Shown here piece after piece: positions 26,726 to 36,158 of a stretch of DNA of 64,000 nucleotides. Below the pieces are notes generated by a model, which was given only the letters and a program-made list of their open reading frames with translations, did not search any database and was not told the DNA's origin. The translations under genes were made by a program, and so were the position numbers. Location of the stretch: the NCBI GenBank assembly GCA_009781515.1, contig WQXY01000005.1, forward strand, positions 8,210-72,209, read 5' to 3'. This DNA comes from Oscillospiraceae bacterium (GTDB taxonomy: Bacteria > Bacillota > Clostridia > Oscillospirales > Oscillospiraceae). How positions within the stretch are numbered: position 1 is the first letter of the stretch; every line of letters begins with the position of its first letter.

Positions 26726-27658
26726 ATGAAATACAGCGTACAGCTTGAAGAAACAATAATGCAAAAAGGAATTCCGGGAGCGGCAGGTTCAAAAATGTTG
26801 GAAAACTTTATTGCCGTTTTTGATGCAACCGTTGTTACGCTTCTGATGTCTGCCGATATAAAAATCACAGGCAGATTAAGCTTTGGCGAGTTTGGTGCCC
26901 CCGGCTTGTTTTCTGACCAGTGCGATGCACTGACCGCTGCGGTCAGTTCTTTTGCAAACAGTAGTGCAGACGCTGTTTTGTGCAATGACTACACAGGTGC
27001 TATTTGCACCGAAGCAGGCAGACAGGGTCTATATTACATTCACCCCGCATACGGCACGGTATCAAGATACGGACTGATACCTGCAGTCACATCAATAGAC
27101 CAAATCGGAATTTTGTGCAAAGATAAAAAGACAGGCTTTGAAATCTTTGACATTATAAAGCAGGAAGACAGTCAACCCTGTGTCAGGGGACAGACCTTAA
27201 GCTGTGTCCCCATGACACATGCTTGCCCCCAACCTTACTACGATGTCTACCCGCAGATTATGCAAATACTCTGCTGCGGGGAGCTTGCAAACAACATCAG
27301 CAGATACGACGGCATTAAGTTCGGCTACAGAGCAAAGGATTACAGCAGTCTTGACGAGCTTTACACCAAAAGCAGAACCGAAGCATTTGGCGAGGATATA
27401 AAGCTTGCGGCACTTATCGGCGCTATGGTTTTGTCCGAAGACAACTATATGCCATATTATGACAAAGCAATGCGTCTGCGCCGCCTGATAAAAAACTCTC
27501 TCGATTTTAGTGATTGTGATGTGATAACCGCAACCGCAGAGCAAACGAGCAGTTTCCCTGCCTTGTCAAGACTTTGCGGCTTGCCCTCTCTCACAACACC
27601 GTCCGCGACATATATAGCAAATTCCGAATGTGAGGATTTATTGAGATATGACTTATGA
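26726..27658 (+). CDS. truncated, catalytically degenerate GatA-like amidase-fold protein
   Basis: Collinear with GatA (GSKMLENF, TVSRYGLIP..SIDQIG, SRYDGIKFGY, SRTEAFGEDIK). It is about 310 aa versus ~485. There is no GGSSGGS or GGS(I/V)R signature. It lies in the gatA slot and overlaps gatB by 11 nt. Confidence 0.7.
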   Translation: MKYSVQLEETIMQKGIPGAAGSKMLENFIAVFDATVVTLLMSADIKITGRLSFGEFGAPGLFSDQCDALTAAVSSFANSSADAVLCNDYTGAICTEAGRQGLYYIHPAYGTVSRYGLIPAVTSIDQIGILCKDKKTGFEIFDIIKQEDSQPCVRGQTLSCVPMTHACPQPYYDVYPQIMQILCCGELANNISRYDGIKFGYRAKDYSSLDELYTKSRTEAFGEDIKLAALIGAMVLSEDNYMPYYDKAMRLRRLIKNSLDFSDCDVITATAEQTSSFPALSRLCGLPSLTTPSATYIANSECEDLLRYDL

Positions 27659-29072
27659 AGTGGTCATGGGGCTTGAGGTTCATGTAGAGCTTTCCACAAA
27701 TTCAAAGCTGTTTTGTTCATGCTCTGCTAAGTTTGGTGCCGATGCCAACGAAAATGTCTGCCCCGCCTGTGCGGGTATGCCGGGTATGCCCGCCGTGCCT
27801 AACAAGCGGGCAATAGAGCTTGGTATTGCTGCCGCACTTGTGACAAACAGTGAAATAACACCCGTAATTACCTTTGATAAAAAGAACTACTTCTACCCCG
27901 ACCTGCCGACCGGATATCAGATAACACAATGGTTTTCACCGATTTGCAAAAACGGTTGGATTGATATAACAGGCAAACGCATAACCCTAAAGCAGATACA
28001 TATCGAAGAAGATGCGGGCAAGCTTGTTCATGAGCCGCGTTCCCGCTCCACATTAATCGACTTTAACCGCACGTCCGTACCTCTCATTGAAATCGTATCC
28101 AATCCTGATTTTGAAACTGCAGACGAGGTTACGGAATATTTGGAAAAACTAAGGCTTCTTTTGACCTTTGCAGGCATATCAGACTGCAAAATGCAAGAGG
28201 GGTCAATGCGTTGTGACGTAAACATTTCTGTCCGTGAAAAAGGCAGCAAAATACTCGGCACACGCACAGAAATAAAAAACATGAACTCGCTCAAGGCAAT
28301 AACAAGAGCCATTGAATACGAGTCACAAAGGCACATTGACGCGCTTGAAACAGGCAGCGAAAAATTAGTTCAGGAAACAAGACGTTGGGACGATACAATC
28401 GGCGCCACATTTTCCATGAGAGAAAAGGAAGAAGCGGCAGACTACAGGTATTTTCCAAACCCCGAAATAATGCCGATACATATCGACAATTTATGGATAC
28501 AAAGCGTAAAAGATACCCTGCCCGAGCCTGCGCATGAGAAGTTTGAAAGACTGACGGCAAAGCTTGGTTTGCCCGAATATGACAGCAAAATCATTTCAAG
28601 CAGCCAAAGTCTGTCAAACATTTTTGACGGTGCGATAAAACTTCACAATAAACCAAAGGACATATCAAACTGGATTATGGGCGAGCTTCTTGCTATTTCA
28701 AAGGAAGCGGGTATTCCCGATGATGATATTTGCATTGATACACAAAAATTTGCATGTATCATCAAACTCGTTGACGAGGGAAAAATCAACCGCTCTGTCG
28801 GCAAGAAAGTTCTGACCGAAGTGTTTGAAAAAAACATAGACCCCGAGGCTTATATCGCTGAGAACTGCCTTGCAATGGTAAGCGATACGGGGCTTCTTGA
28901 GGCTGCAATAAATGAGGTTTTAGCAGAAAATGAAAAATCGGTTTTGGAATATAAAAGCGGAAGCCAAAAGGTGTTTGGTTTTCTGGTAGGTCAGGTTATG
29001 AAAAAAACAGCGGGAAAAGCAGACCCCCGCAGTGTCAACGAGCTTCTGAGAAGCAAGCTTGATGCTGATTAG
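27648..29072 (+). CDS. gatB: Asp/Glu-tRNA amidotransferase subunit B
   Basis: YEVVMGLEVHVEL, PNPEIMP and the C-terminal GatB/YqeY domain. Confidence 0.95.
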   Translation: MTYEVVMGLEVHVELSTNSKLFCSCSAKFGADANENVCPACAGMPGMPAVPNKRAIELGIAAALVTNSEITPVITFDKKNYFYPDLPTGYQITQWFSPICKNGWIDITGKRITLKQIHIEEDAGKLVHEPRSRSTLIDFNRTSVPLIEIVSNPDFETADEVTEYLEKLRLLLTFAGISDCKMQEGSMRCDVNISVREKGSKILGTRTEIKNMNSLKAITRAIEYESQRHIDALETGSEKLVQETRRWDDTIGATFSMREKEEAADYRYFPNPEIMPIHIDNLWIQSVKDTLPEPAHEKFERLTAKLGLPEYDSKIISSSQSLSNIFDGAIKLHNKPKDISNWIMGELLAISKEAGIPDDDICIDTQKFACIIKLVDEGKINRSVGKKVLTEVFEKNIDPEAYIAENCLAMVSDTGLLEAAINEVLAENEKSVLEYKSGSQKVFGFLVGQVMKKTAGKADPRSVNELLRSKLDAD

Positions 29073-29097
29073 AAACATAAAAAGGGAGTAAAGATTT

Positions 29098-30051
29098 ATG
29101 TATGTTGGAGTAGACTTGGGCGGGACAAATATAGCCGCGGCAATAGTTAATGATGACGGCGTTATTCTAAAAAGAGTAAATTTGCCGACCGATACAAGCG
29201 GCGGAGCAGACGCAGTTGTCGGCGGCATTATTAGGGCATGTGAGCAGCTGCTTGCCGGTACTGACAAACCCCCGCTGTCGATAGGAATTGGCTCCCCCGG
29301 TTCAATTCGCGAAGACACGGGTACTGTTATTTTTGCACCAAACCTGCCGCTTCGTGATACTGACATGACAAGCGAGCTTGGCGAGATATATAAGTGCCCT
29401 GTTCGGCTCGGCAATGACGCTAACTGTGCAGTTCTCGGCGAAGCTAACGCCGGCAGTGCAAAAGGAGCAAGCCATGCGGCAATGATAACCTTAGGCACAG
29501 GCGTCGGCGGCGGTATTGTTATTGACGGGAAATTATTAACCGGATTTAGCGGCATTGCGGGCGAGGTTGGGCACATGGTCATTTCCTCGGGCGGCAGAAA
29601 ATGCGGTTGCGGCAGATTGGGCTGTTGGGAAGCTTATGCGTCTGCAACAGGTCTTGTGAAAACTGCTTTGGAATTTATGGAGAAAAATCGGGACAGTAAA
29701 ATGTGGGAACTATGCGGCGGAGCTACCGAAAAAGTTGAGGGCAGAACTGTTTTTGACGCATATCGCGATAATGACCCCACCGCAGTTTTGACAGTAAATA
29801 AATATGTCGAGCATCTTGCAATCGGAATAGCAAACATGATTAACATACTCGAGCCTGAGATATTTTGTATCGGCGGCGGCATTTCAAATGCTTGGCAGTA
29901 TATGGAAGCGCCGCTCATAGCGGCCCTTGAGCGTGAAGAGTATGCACGCTTTGGAGCCGACACTCCAAAAACAAAGCTTGTTAAGGCAGTTTTGGGCAAT
30001 GATGCAGGCATAATCGGTGCGGCAATGCTCGGACGCGAATGGGTGAGGTGA
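29098..30051 (+). CDS. glcK: ROK-family glucokinase
   Basis: VGVDLGGTNI, GIAGEVGH, and the ROK zinc motif CGCGRLGCWE. Confidence 0.85.
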   Translation: MYVGVDLGGTNIAAAIVNDDGVILKRVNLPTDTSGGADAVVGGIIRACEQLLAGTDKPPLSIGIGSPGSIREDTGTVIFAPNLPLRDTDMTSELGEIYKCPVRLGNDANCAVLGEANAGSAKGASHAAMITLGTGVGGGIVIDGKLLTGFSGIAGEVGHMVISSGGRKCGCGRLGCWEAYASATGLVKTALEFMEKNRDSKMWELCGGATEKVEGRTVFDAYRDNDPTAVLTVNKYVEHLAIGIANMINILEPEIFCIGGGISNAWQYMEAPLIAALEREEYARFGADTPKTKLVKAVLGNDAGIIGAAMLGREWVR

Positions 30052-30054
30052 CAA

Positions 30055-31299
30055 ATGAACCCTCAGTTAATTCTCAGTATAGTTACAATAGTTTTGCTCG
30101 TTATAGTTGCAATACTTCTTCTTGCAGGCAGGGGTAAATCGGGAATTGATAAAATAACCGACCTGCTCAGAAAAAACAAGGATGAACAGCGTGATATTAT
30201 CTCACGCCAGATAGGCGACGGCGCAACAGAACAGTTTAAGCGTTTTGGTGTTATCCAAGAGAGTATTCAGTCTACTTTGCAGGGTAATCGCGAGGAAACA
30301 AATAAACAGCTTCGTGAGTTTCAGGTACAGGTAACTTCGACCTTAGAGAGCAAAATAAAAGCCCTCCAAGACAGCAACGAGAAGCGGCTCGAGCAAATGC
30401 AGGGAGTTGTTGACGAAAAGCTCCAAAAAACGCTCGAAACACGCTTAGCTCAGTCGTTTGAGCTTGTCAGCAAGCAACTCGACAGTGTTCAGCAGGGCTT
30501 GGGAGAAATGAAAAACCTCGCAGCCGACACAAAAAGCCTTCGCAACGCACTTACCAATGTAAAAGAGCGCGGCACATACGGCGAGGTGCGTTTGGAAAAG
30601 CTTCTCTCTGACATACTCGCACCCGGTCAGTATGAGGTCAATGTCGAAATCGCCGACAGAAAACGTGTAGAGTTTGCCGTTAAATTCCCCGGGCACGGCG
30701 AAGAGCCGCTCCTTTTGCCTATTGACGCGAAGTTTCCGATCGAAGATTACAACAGGCTCATTGATGCCGAAGATAAGCAGGCAATAGAAGACGCACGCAA
30801 GTCCTTGGCACAGGCAATACGCGTATCCGCAAAGGATATCAAAGACAAATACATTCTGCCGCCGAAAACAACCGACTTTGCACTTATGTTTTTGCCGACA
30901 GAGGGTTTATATGCCGAGGTTGTGCAAAATGTAGCCTTGTTTGAGGAGCTTCGTACGAAATATAAAGTAATTGCAGTCGGAGCAACAACACTTTCCGCTT
31001 ATTTAAGCTCACTCCAAATGGGCTTTAAGACATTGTCCATGGAAAAAAGGTCCATGGAGGTTTGGGACACGCTTCGCGCTGTTAAGTCTGAGTTTGTCAA
31101 ATTCAGCGATATGTTAGACAGGGCACATAAACAAATCCAAACTGCAGACAAAACACTTGAAACCCTTACCAACACAAGAGCAAAAGCAATGCACAGACGT
31201 CTTCGTTCCGTAGAAGAACCGGAGGGTTTGGAAACTTCGCAGCTGCTCGAAGAACCCGCCTGCCCCACAGACTATGATATGGACTATGATATGGATTAA
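30055..31299 (+). CDS. rmuC: DNA recombination protein RmuC
   Basis: N-terminal TM, long coiled coil, ERGTYGEVRLEKLL and FALMFLPTEGLY motifs. Confidence 0.88.
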   Translation: MNPQLILSIVTIVLLVIVAILLLAGRGKSGIDKITDLLRKNKDEQRDIISRQIGDGATEQFKRFGVIQESIQSTLQGNREETNKQLREFQVQVTSTLESKIKALQDSNEKRLEQMQGVVDEKLQKTLETRLAQSFELVSKQLDSVQQGLGEMKNLAADTKSLRNALTNVKERGTYGEVRLEKLLSDILAPGQYEVNVEIADRKRVEFAVKFPGHGEEPLLLPIDAKFPIEDYNRLIDAEDKQAIEDARKSLAQAIRVSAKDIKDKYILPPKTTDFALMFLPTEGLYAEVVQNVALFEELRTKYKVIAVGATTLSAYLSSLQMGFKTLSMEKRSMEVWDTLRAVKSEFVKFSDMLDRAHKQIQTADKTLETLTNTRAKAMHRRLRSVEEPEGLETSQLLEEPACPTDYDMDYDMD

Positions 31300-31456
31300 A
31301 CCTCACTTCCCCCCCAAGGGGACATAAATTGTAAATGTGACACTGTTTTGACACTTTTATTTAGTTTTTTATTGTAATTCACATAAATATATGTTATCTT
31401 AATGAACGGTCAGAAACCCGTACACCCTTAGGCTTTATGCAGAGGACTATTAATTA

Positions 31457-33580
31457 ATGAGCATTAGAAAAAGAATTCTTATCCCAATGGTTGCACTAAC
31501 GATTGTTTGTTGTGTTGCCGTTTTGTTGGGTTCTATCCTTTTATACGCAAACGAACTAAATGAAACCCTGCACAGAGAAACCGATGTTGCGGTTAATGTG
31601 GCTCAGCGGGAAATTGAAGATCTGAAAATAAGAGCACGAATTGCTGCTATCGGAATGTCTACAAATCCGGTTTTGATAGAAGCAATTCTTAACAATGACC
31701 TTGAAGGGGTAGAAGCTGTTGCAAACGCATTAAAGAATATAACACAACTTGATTTTTGCACCATTCTTGACAAAACAGGTATTGTACTCATCAGAACACA
31801 TGCAACGGACAGGCGTGGAGACAGTCTTGCTGAATTATCTCATATAAAATCGGCTCTTGAAGGCAAAATTGAATCGCATATAGTTGTTGGTGCAACAATA
31901 AAACTTGGGGTTATGGCAGGAGTACCAATCTATGACGACGATATGAACATTGCAGGTGTTGTTTCTTTGGGATATAGATTGGATATTCAAGATTTTGCAT
32001 ACAGAATTAAAGACCTGACAGACTGCGAAGTTGCTGTTTATACGGGAGGTGAGAGCATCTCCACAACAATTTTAGATGCGGATGCAGTCTATGCTTTAGA
32101 AAATAACGCACCGGCAGACATAAGCGAGAGGGTGCTTGCCGGAGAAACTGTTTTAGAGAGATTTATGCTTTTCGGCAGGGAAATGCTCGCTAAGTATGTC
32201 CCCCTATATGGTGTAAATGATGAAATTGTAGGTATGCTGTTCGTCGGGCATTATACAGCGGACGAATTGACTAAAATTGTACTTTTCATTGCAAGCGGAG
32301 CACTGATAACCTTGGGTGTTGTTGCTCTTTGCATTGTCGTGGCAATTTTTATTTCAAGATTTGTTGAGCGTCGTTTGGCAGGCATGATGGACAGCCTGCG
32401 CGACACCTCGCTTGAACTTGAAAATGCGTTAACTAAAGCAAATGCCGCCAGCCGTGCAAAAAGTGATTTCCTTTCAAACATGAGTCACGAAATGCGAACA
32501 CCTCTCAACGCCATTATCGGCATGACCTTGATTGGCAAAAAGACCAAAGAAGCCGAGGGCAAAGTACATGCCTTGAATAAAATCGGCGACGCTTCCTCCC
32601 ACCTGCTTGGCACGGTAAACGATATACTCGATATGGCAAAGATTGAAGCTGACAAGTTGGAGCTTTCATACGTTGAATTCAATTTCGAGCACATGCTCGA
32701 TAAAGTCCTCAATGTCATACATTTTCGTGCAGATGAAAAACAGCATATCCTGACTGTCTGCATTGACCAAGCCATTCCCCGTTATATAGTCGGTGACGAC
32801 CAGCGTTTGGCACAGGTTATTACAAACTTACTGTCAAATGCCGTTAAATTCACACCTGAGGGCGGCAAGGTCAATTTGGACGTGTCTTGGGTAACAAAAG
32901 ATGATAATAACTGCGAGCTTCGAGTAGAAGTCACGGACAGTGGTATTGGTATTTCGCCCGAGCAGCAAGACAAGCTCTTTGTCGCTTTTGAACAGGCAAC
33001 TGTCGGAACAAGCAGAGAATACGGCGGCACCGGACTTGGATTGTCAATCACAAGACGAATTGTCGAGCTAATGGGCGGGCAGATATGGGTAAAATCGGAG
33101 CTTAATAAGGGTTCACAGTTTATTATTACAGTAAAAGTAAAGCCCGGAAGTAAAATGGAAAATGATGAGCTTATAGAAACCTACGACCACTATTCATTCA
33201 GCGGAAAAAGACTGTTGGTTGCCGAAGATATTGAAATAAACCGCGAAATACTCATAGCACTTTTGGAAGACACCGGAATTATCATTGATTGTGTTGAAAA
33301 CGGCAGGGAAGCGTTAGATATACTTACTGACGACCCGTACAAATACGACATTGTGTTTATGGATTTGCAAATGCCGCAAATGGGCGGACTTGAGGCCACA
33401 AGACTGATACGCGGCTCAGACAAATCCTCACTGCAGCAAATACCGATTATAGCAATGACTGCCAATGTATTTAAGGACGATATCAACGCATGTTTGGACG
33501 CAGGAATGAACGACCATCTCGGCAAACCTCTCGATTTGGACAGAATGCTCGAAATATTAAGGAAATATCTGATAAAGTAG
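31457..33580 (+). CDS. hybrid sensor histidine kinase/response regulator with extracytoplasmic Cache-like domain
   Basis: TM, ~260-aa periplasmic-type domain, TM. SHEMRTPLNAI, GGTGLGL, REC VFMDLQMP. Confidence 0.85.
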   Translation: MSIRKRILIPMVALTIVCCVAVLLGSILLYANELNETLHRETDVAVNVAQREIEDLKIRARIAAIGMSTNPVLIEAILNNDLEGVEAVANALKNITQLDFCTILDKTGIVLIRTHATDRRGDSLAELSHIKSALEGKIESHIVVGATIKLGVMAGVPIYDDDMNIAGVVSLGYRLDIQDFAYRIKDLTDCEVAVYTGGESISTTILDADAVYALENNAPADISERVLAGETVLERFMLFGREMLAKYVPLYGVNDEIVGMLFVGHYTADELTKIVLFIASGALITLGVVALCIVVAIFISRFVERRLAGMMDSLRDTSLELENALTKANAASRAKSDFLSNMSHEMRTPLNAIIGMTLIGKKTKEAEGKVHALNKIGDASSHLLGTVNDILDMAKIEADKLELSYVEFNFEHMLDKVLNVIHFRADEKQHILTVCIDQAIPRYIVGDDQRLAQVITNLLSNAVKFTPEGGKVNLDVSWVTKDDNNCELRVEVTDSGIGISPEQQDKLFVAFEQATVGTSREYGGTGLGLSITRRIVELMGGQIWVKSELNKGSQFIITVKVKPGSKMENDELIETYDHYSFSGKRLLVAEDIEINREILIALLEDTGIIIDCVENGREALDILTDDPYKYDIVFMDLQMPQMGGLEATRLIRGSDKSSLQQIPIIAMTANVFKDDINACLDAGMNDHLGKPLDLDRMLEILRKYLIK

Positions 33581-34168
33581 ATGTTAGACAAAACTGTACC
33601 TTACGCAAACTTAAAAATGCGCAAAAAAGCAGGAACCCCGATACCGGAGTTCCCGCTTCCCGACGGATTTAAGTTTGCACTCTACCAAGACGGCGACGAT
33701 ATAAACTGGGCAAGAATTGAAACCTCGGTTGATGAGTTTGACAGTGAGTTTGCCGCTCTTATGCACTTCAAAAAAGACTTTATGCCTCATTTGGATGAGC
33801 TTTACCGCCGATGTCTTTTTATCGAAAACAGCGAGGGCAAAAAAGTCGCAACAGCCAACGCATGGTGGTCTGTGATTGACGGCGGGCGGCGGGCATGGCT
33901 GCATTGGGTCAGCGTTGACCCCGCGTATCAGGGCTTGGGGCTCGGCAAAGCCGTCACGGCAGAGGCGACAAGGCTCATGCGCGAAATCGAGGGTGATGTC
34001 GATATCTTTCTGAGCACACAAACATGGAGTTATAAAGCAATAGATATCTACAAAAAATGCGGCTATGAGCCGACAGACGAAAAAGCATTATACGCCCCGC
34101 ACAATGTAAAAGATTATAAAAAGGCATTGAAGATATTGGACAAACTACAAAGAAAGAGGGCAAAATGA
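33581..34168 (+). CDS. GNAT-family N-acetyltransferase
   Basis: The acetyl-CoA motif is present as YQGLGLGKAV. The ATG follows the kinase stop directly. Confidence 0.7.
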   Translation: MLDKTVPYANLKMRKKAGTPIPEFPLPDGFKFALYQDGDDINWARIETSVDEFDSEFAALMHFKKDFMPHLDELYRRCLFIENSEGKKVATANAWWSVIDGGRRAWLHWVSVDPAYQGLGLGKAVTAEATRLMREIEGDVDIFLSTQTWSYKAIDIYKKCGYEPTDEKALYAPHNVKDYKKALKILDKLQRKRAK

Positions 34169-34968
34169 AAAAAGCATTATCAATTGCAGGGTCGGACACA
34201 AGCGGCGGAGCAGGTATACAAGCAGACCTTAAAACCTTTCAGGAGCTTGGAGTTTACGGTATGACGGCACTGACTGTCATCGTTTCAATGGACCCTCACA
34301 ACAGTTGGGCACATCAGGTATTTCCCGTAGATATTGACATACTCAAAGCACAAATCGAAACAGCCGTTGTCGGCATCGGAGTTGATGCTATGAAAACAGG
34401 TATGCTACCAACCACTGATATCATAGAACTTGCAGCTTTTACGGTAAAAAAGAACAATCTGCAAAATGTCGTTGTTGACCCTGTTATGGTCTGTAAGGGT
34501 GCAGGCGAAGCAATCCACCCCGAAAACGCCGAGTGCTACGCAAAAACACTTGTACCTTTGGCAAGAGTTGTAACACCAAATCTTTTTGAAGCATCACAGC
34601 TGACAGGTATTAAAGATATAAACTCTCTCGATAAAATGAAAGACGCAGCACAAATTATCTACGACCTTGGTGCAAAATGCGTTATTATTAAAGGCGGAAA
34701 AGGCTCAGACGATGAAAACGCCATTGACATTGTTTATGACGGCAAAAGCTTCGAGCAGCTGAGCTCACCAAAAATCCAAACATCAAATACTCATGGTGCA
34801 GGCTGTACCTTTTCTGCCGCAATAGCTGCCGAGCTTGCAAAAGGCTCGGATTTGCACACAGCTCTCAGTGTAGCAAAAGCATTTATTTCAGCCGCCATTA
34901 AACATTCGTTCAGACTAAATCAATATGTCGGCCCAACCTGCCACAGCGCTTATAAGGCAAATGTATAA
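34165..34968 (+). CDS. ThiD/PdxK-family kinase (hydroxymethylpyrimidine/phosphomethylpyrimidine or pyridoxal kinase)
   Basis: SIAGSDTSGGAGIQADLKT, DPVMVCKG and THGAGCTFSAAIAA motifs. Confidence 0.85.
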   Translation: MKKALSIAGSDTSGGAGIQADLKTFQELGVYGMTALTVIVSMDPHNSWAHQVFPVDIDILKAQIETAVVGIGVDAMKTGMLPTTDIIELAAFTVKKNNLQNVVVDPVMVCKGAGEAIHPENAECYAKTLVPLARVVTPNLFEASQLTGIKDINSLDKMKDAAQIIYDLGAKCVIIKGGKGSDDENAIDIVYDGKSFEQLSSPKIQTSNTHGAGCTFSAAIAAELAKGSDLHTALSVAKAFISAAIKHSFRLNQYVGPTCHSAYKANV

Positions 34969-35008
34969 ACAGGCTTCGGCAAAATTGTGACAAATAATGC
35001 ACAAATAA

Positions 35009-35050
35009 AGCTGCACTCTAAAAGAAAAAGAGTGCAGCTCTGTTTATTTA
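35009..35050. terminator. bidirectional terminator between convergent operons
   Basis: 11-bp stem AGCTGCACTCT / AGAGTGCAGCT with T-rich flanks on both strands. Confidence 0.7.
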
Positions 35051-35062
35051 GTATAGAGTATA

Positions 35063-35434
35063 TTAGACAAGTAAAATTTCTATTATAGCTACGTCAATTC
35101 CTATAGCTTGTGAAATCAGCAACTCAATGTCAGGGATAATACAATCGGGGATATAACGATCTATTATCATCTTTATGCATAATGTATCTGATAGAATTGC
35201 CGGTGTCACAATATCAATATCTACACATCCATATCCCAATAATGGCTCTAACATACGAGTAATAATATCTTCAATTTCATCAAATTGCTGCAAAGACACA
35301 TTATAATGCGGTTCGTTCGTTTGTACTGGATCACTTATCAAGCTTTCAGGAATCCCTAAAAAGAGCGTCAACACGAGCAAAGATGCAAATAGAAATGAAA
35401 AAACAACAGCATAAATTACTCTCATATTTTTCAC
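35063..35434 (-). CDS. hypothetical single-pass membrane protein (~123 aa)
   Basis: GGGAGG lies 8 nt before an in-frame GTG at 35434. N-terminal TM is VIYAVVFSFLFASLLVLTLFL. The longer track ORF overlaps the upstream gene. Confidence 0.5.
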   Translation of the reverse strand: MKNMRVIYAVVFSFLFASLLVLTLFLGIPESLISDPVQTNEPHYNVSLQQFDEIEDIITRMLEPLLGYGCVDIDIVTPAILSDTLCIKMIIDRYIPDCIIPDIELLISQAIGIDVAIIEILLV

Positions 35435-35490
35435 CCAGAAAACCTCCCTTTCTTGACATATCTGTATCAATATCTTCAACCAAATACAAA

Positions 35491-35895
35491 CTATGATTCT
35501 ATAAGAGGCAAAGACATTGGAAAAATACAACTGATCCCCGGTGAACCACCTGGACAATTATACGTTATGGGTGTATACGTATTACCACACACACAGCGAT
35601 ACTGTATAGTGTGTTTGTTGCCGGAGTGCCCAAGGTTAGACATAATTGATCTAGTGCAATCTTGCGTGATTGTATCCATCAGAACATCAATTCGAACATA
35701 ACAATTAACGCAAATTGTGCGTCCGTATGTGTAGCGAGCATGTCTCATAATTAAAGGATTGCCTATGTATTTTGCGTAAGAGCTTAATGGAAGCCCTGTT
35801 TGATGCGGGGGACAATTATTTGCTGCCAGTACGTATGGACTAATATTGGACAAAACCGACACAAGTATTAGGAAAAATATTATTGCTTTCTTCAT
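35491..35895 (-). CDS. secreted Cys/His-rich small protein (134 aa)
   Basis: Signal peptide MKKAIIFFLILVSVLSNISPYVLA. The mature part has 9 Cys, including CVNC and CVC pairs. Confidence 0.6.
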   Translation of the reverse strand: MKKAIIFFLILVSVLSNISPYVLAANNCPPHQTGLPLSSYAKYIGNPLIMRHARYTYGRTICVNCYVRIDVLMDTITQDCTRSIMSNLGHSGNKHTIQYRCVCGNTYTPITYNCPGGSPGISCIFPMSLPLIES

Positions 35896-36158
35896 GAACT
35901 GCTCCCTTTATTAACTGGTAATTGACACCTAATGATACCATATTCTCAACTATATAGTCAAGAGAACTAAGTGCAAGATGGAAAAATTTTGATAACAAAC
36001 CTGTAACATTGACCTGTTTGGGAAAATAGCCTTCTTCGTGTATTTGCAGTATCCACTTCATGCTGTTAGGGCGGATTTGGATGTCCGGCAGGGATACTAA
36101 TCTATCGAAGCAAATTGGCTGTAGTACTTCCAGCAGCTTATTTACTGATGTTTACACA

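Noticed and set aside
28920-29582. A 220-aa minus-strand ORF.
   Set aside because: It is antisense to the gatB 3' end and to glcK. Its translation is Pro/Ser/Ala-rich, typical of reverse-frame artefacts.
33611-34199. Minus-strand ORFs of 74-136 aa.
   Set aside because: They are antisense to the GNAT and ThiD/PdxK genes and have no supporting signals.
35840-36061. A 73-aa minus-strand ORF overlapping the start of the Cys-rich protein gene.
   Set aside because: It has no SD, overlaps the signal-peptide-coding start of a better gene, and lies in a different frame.
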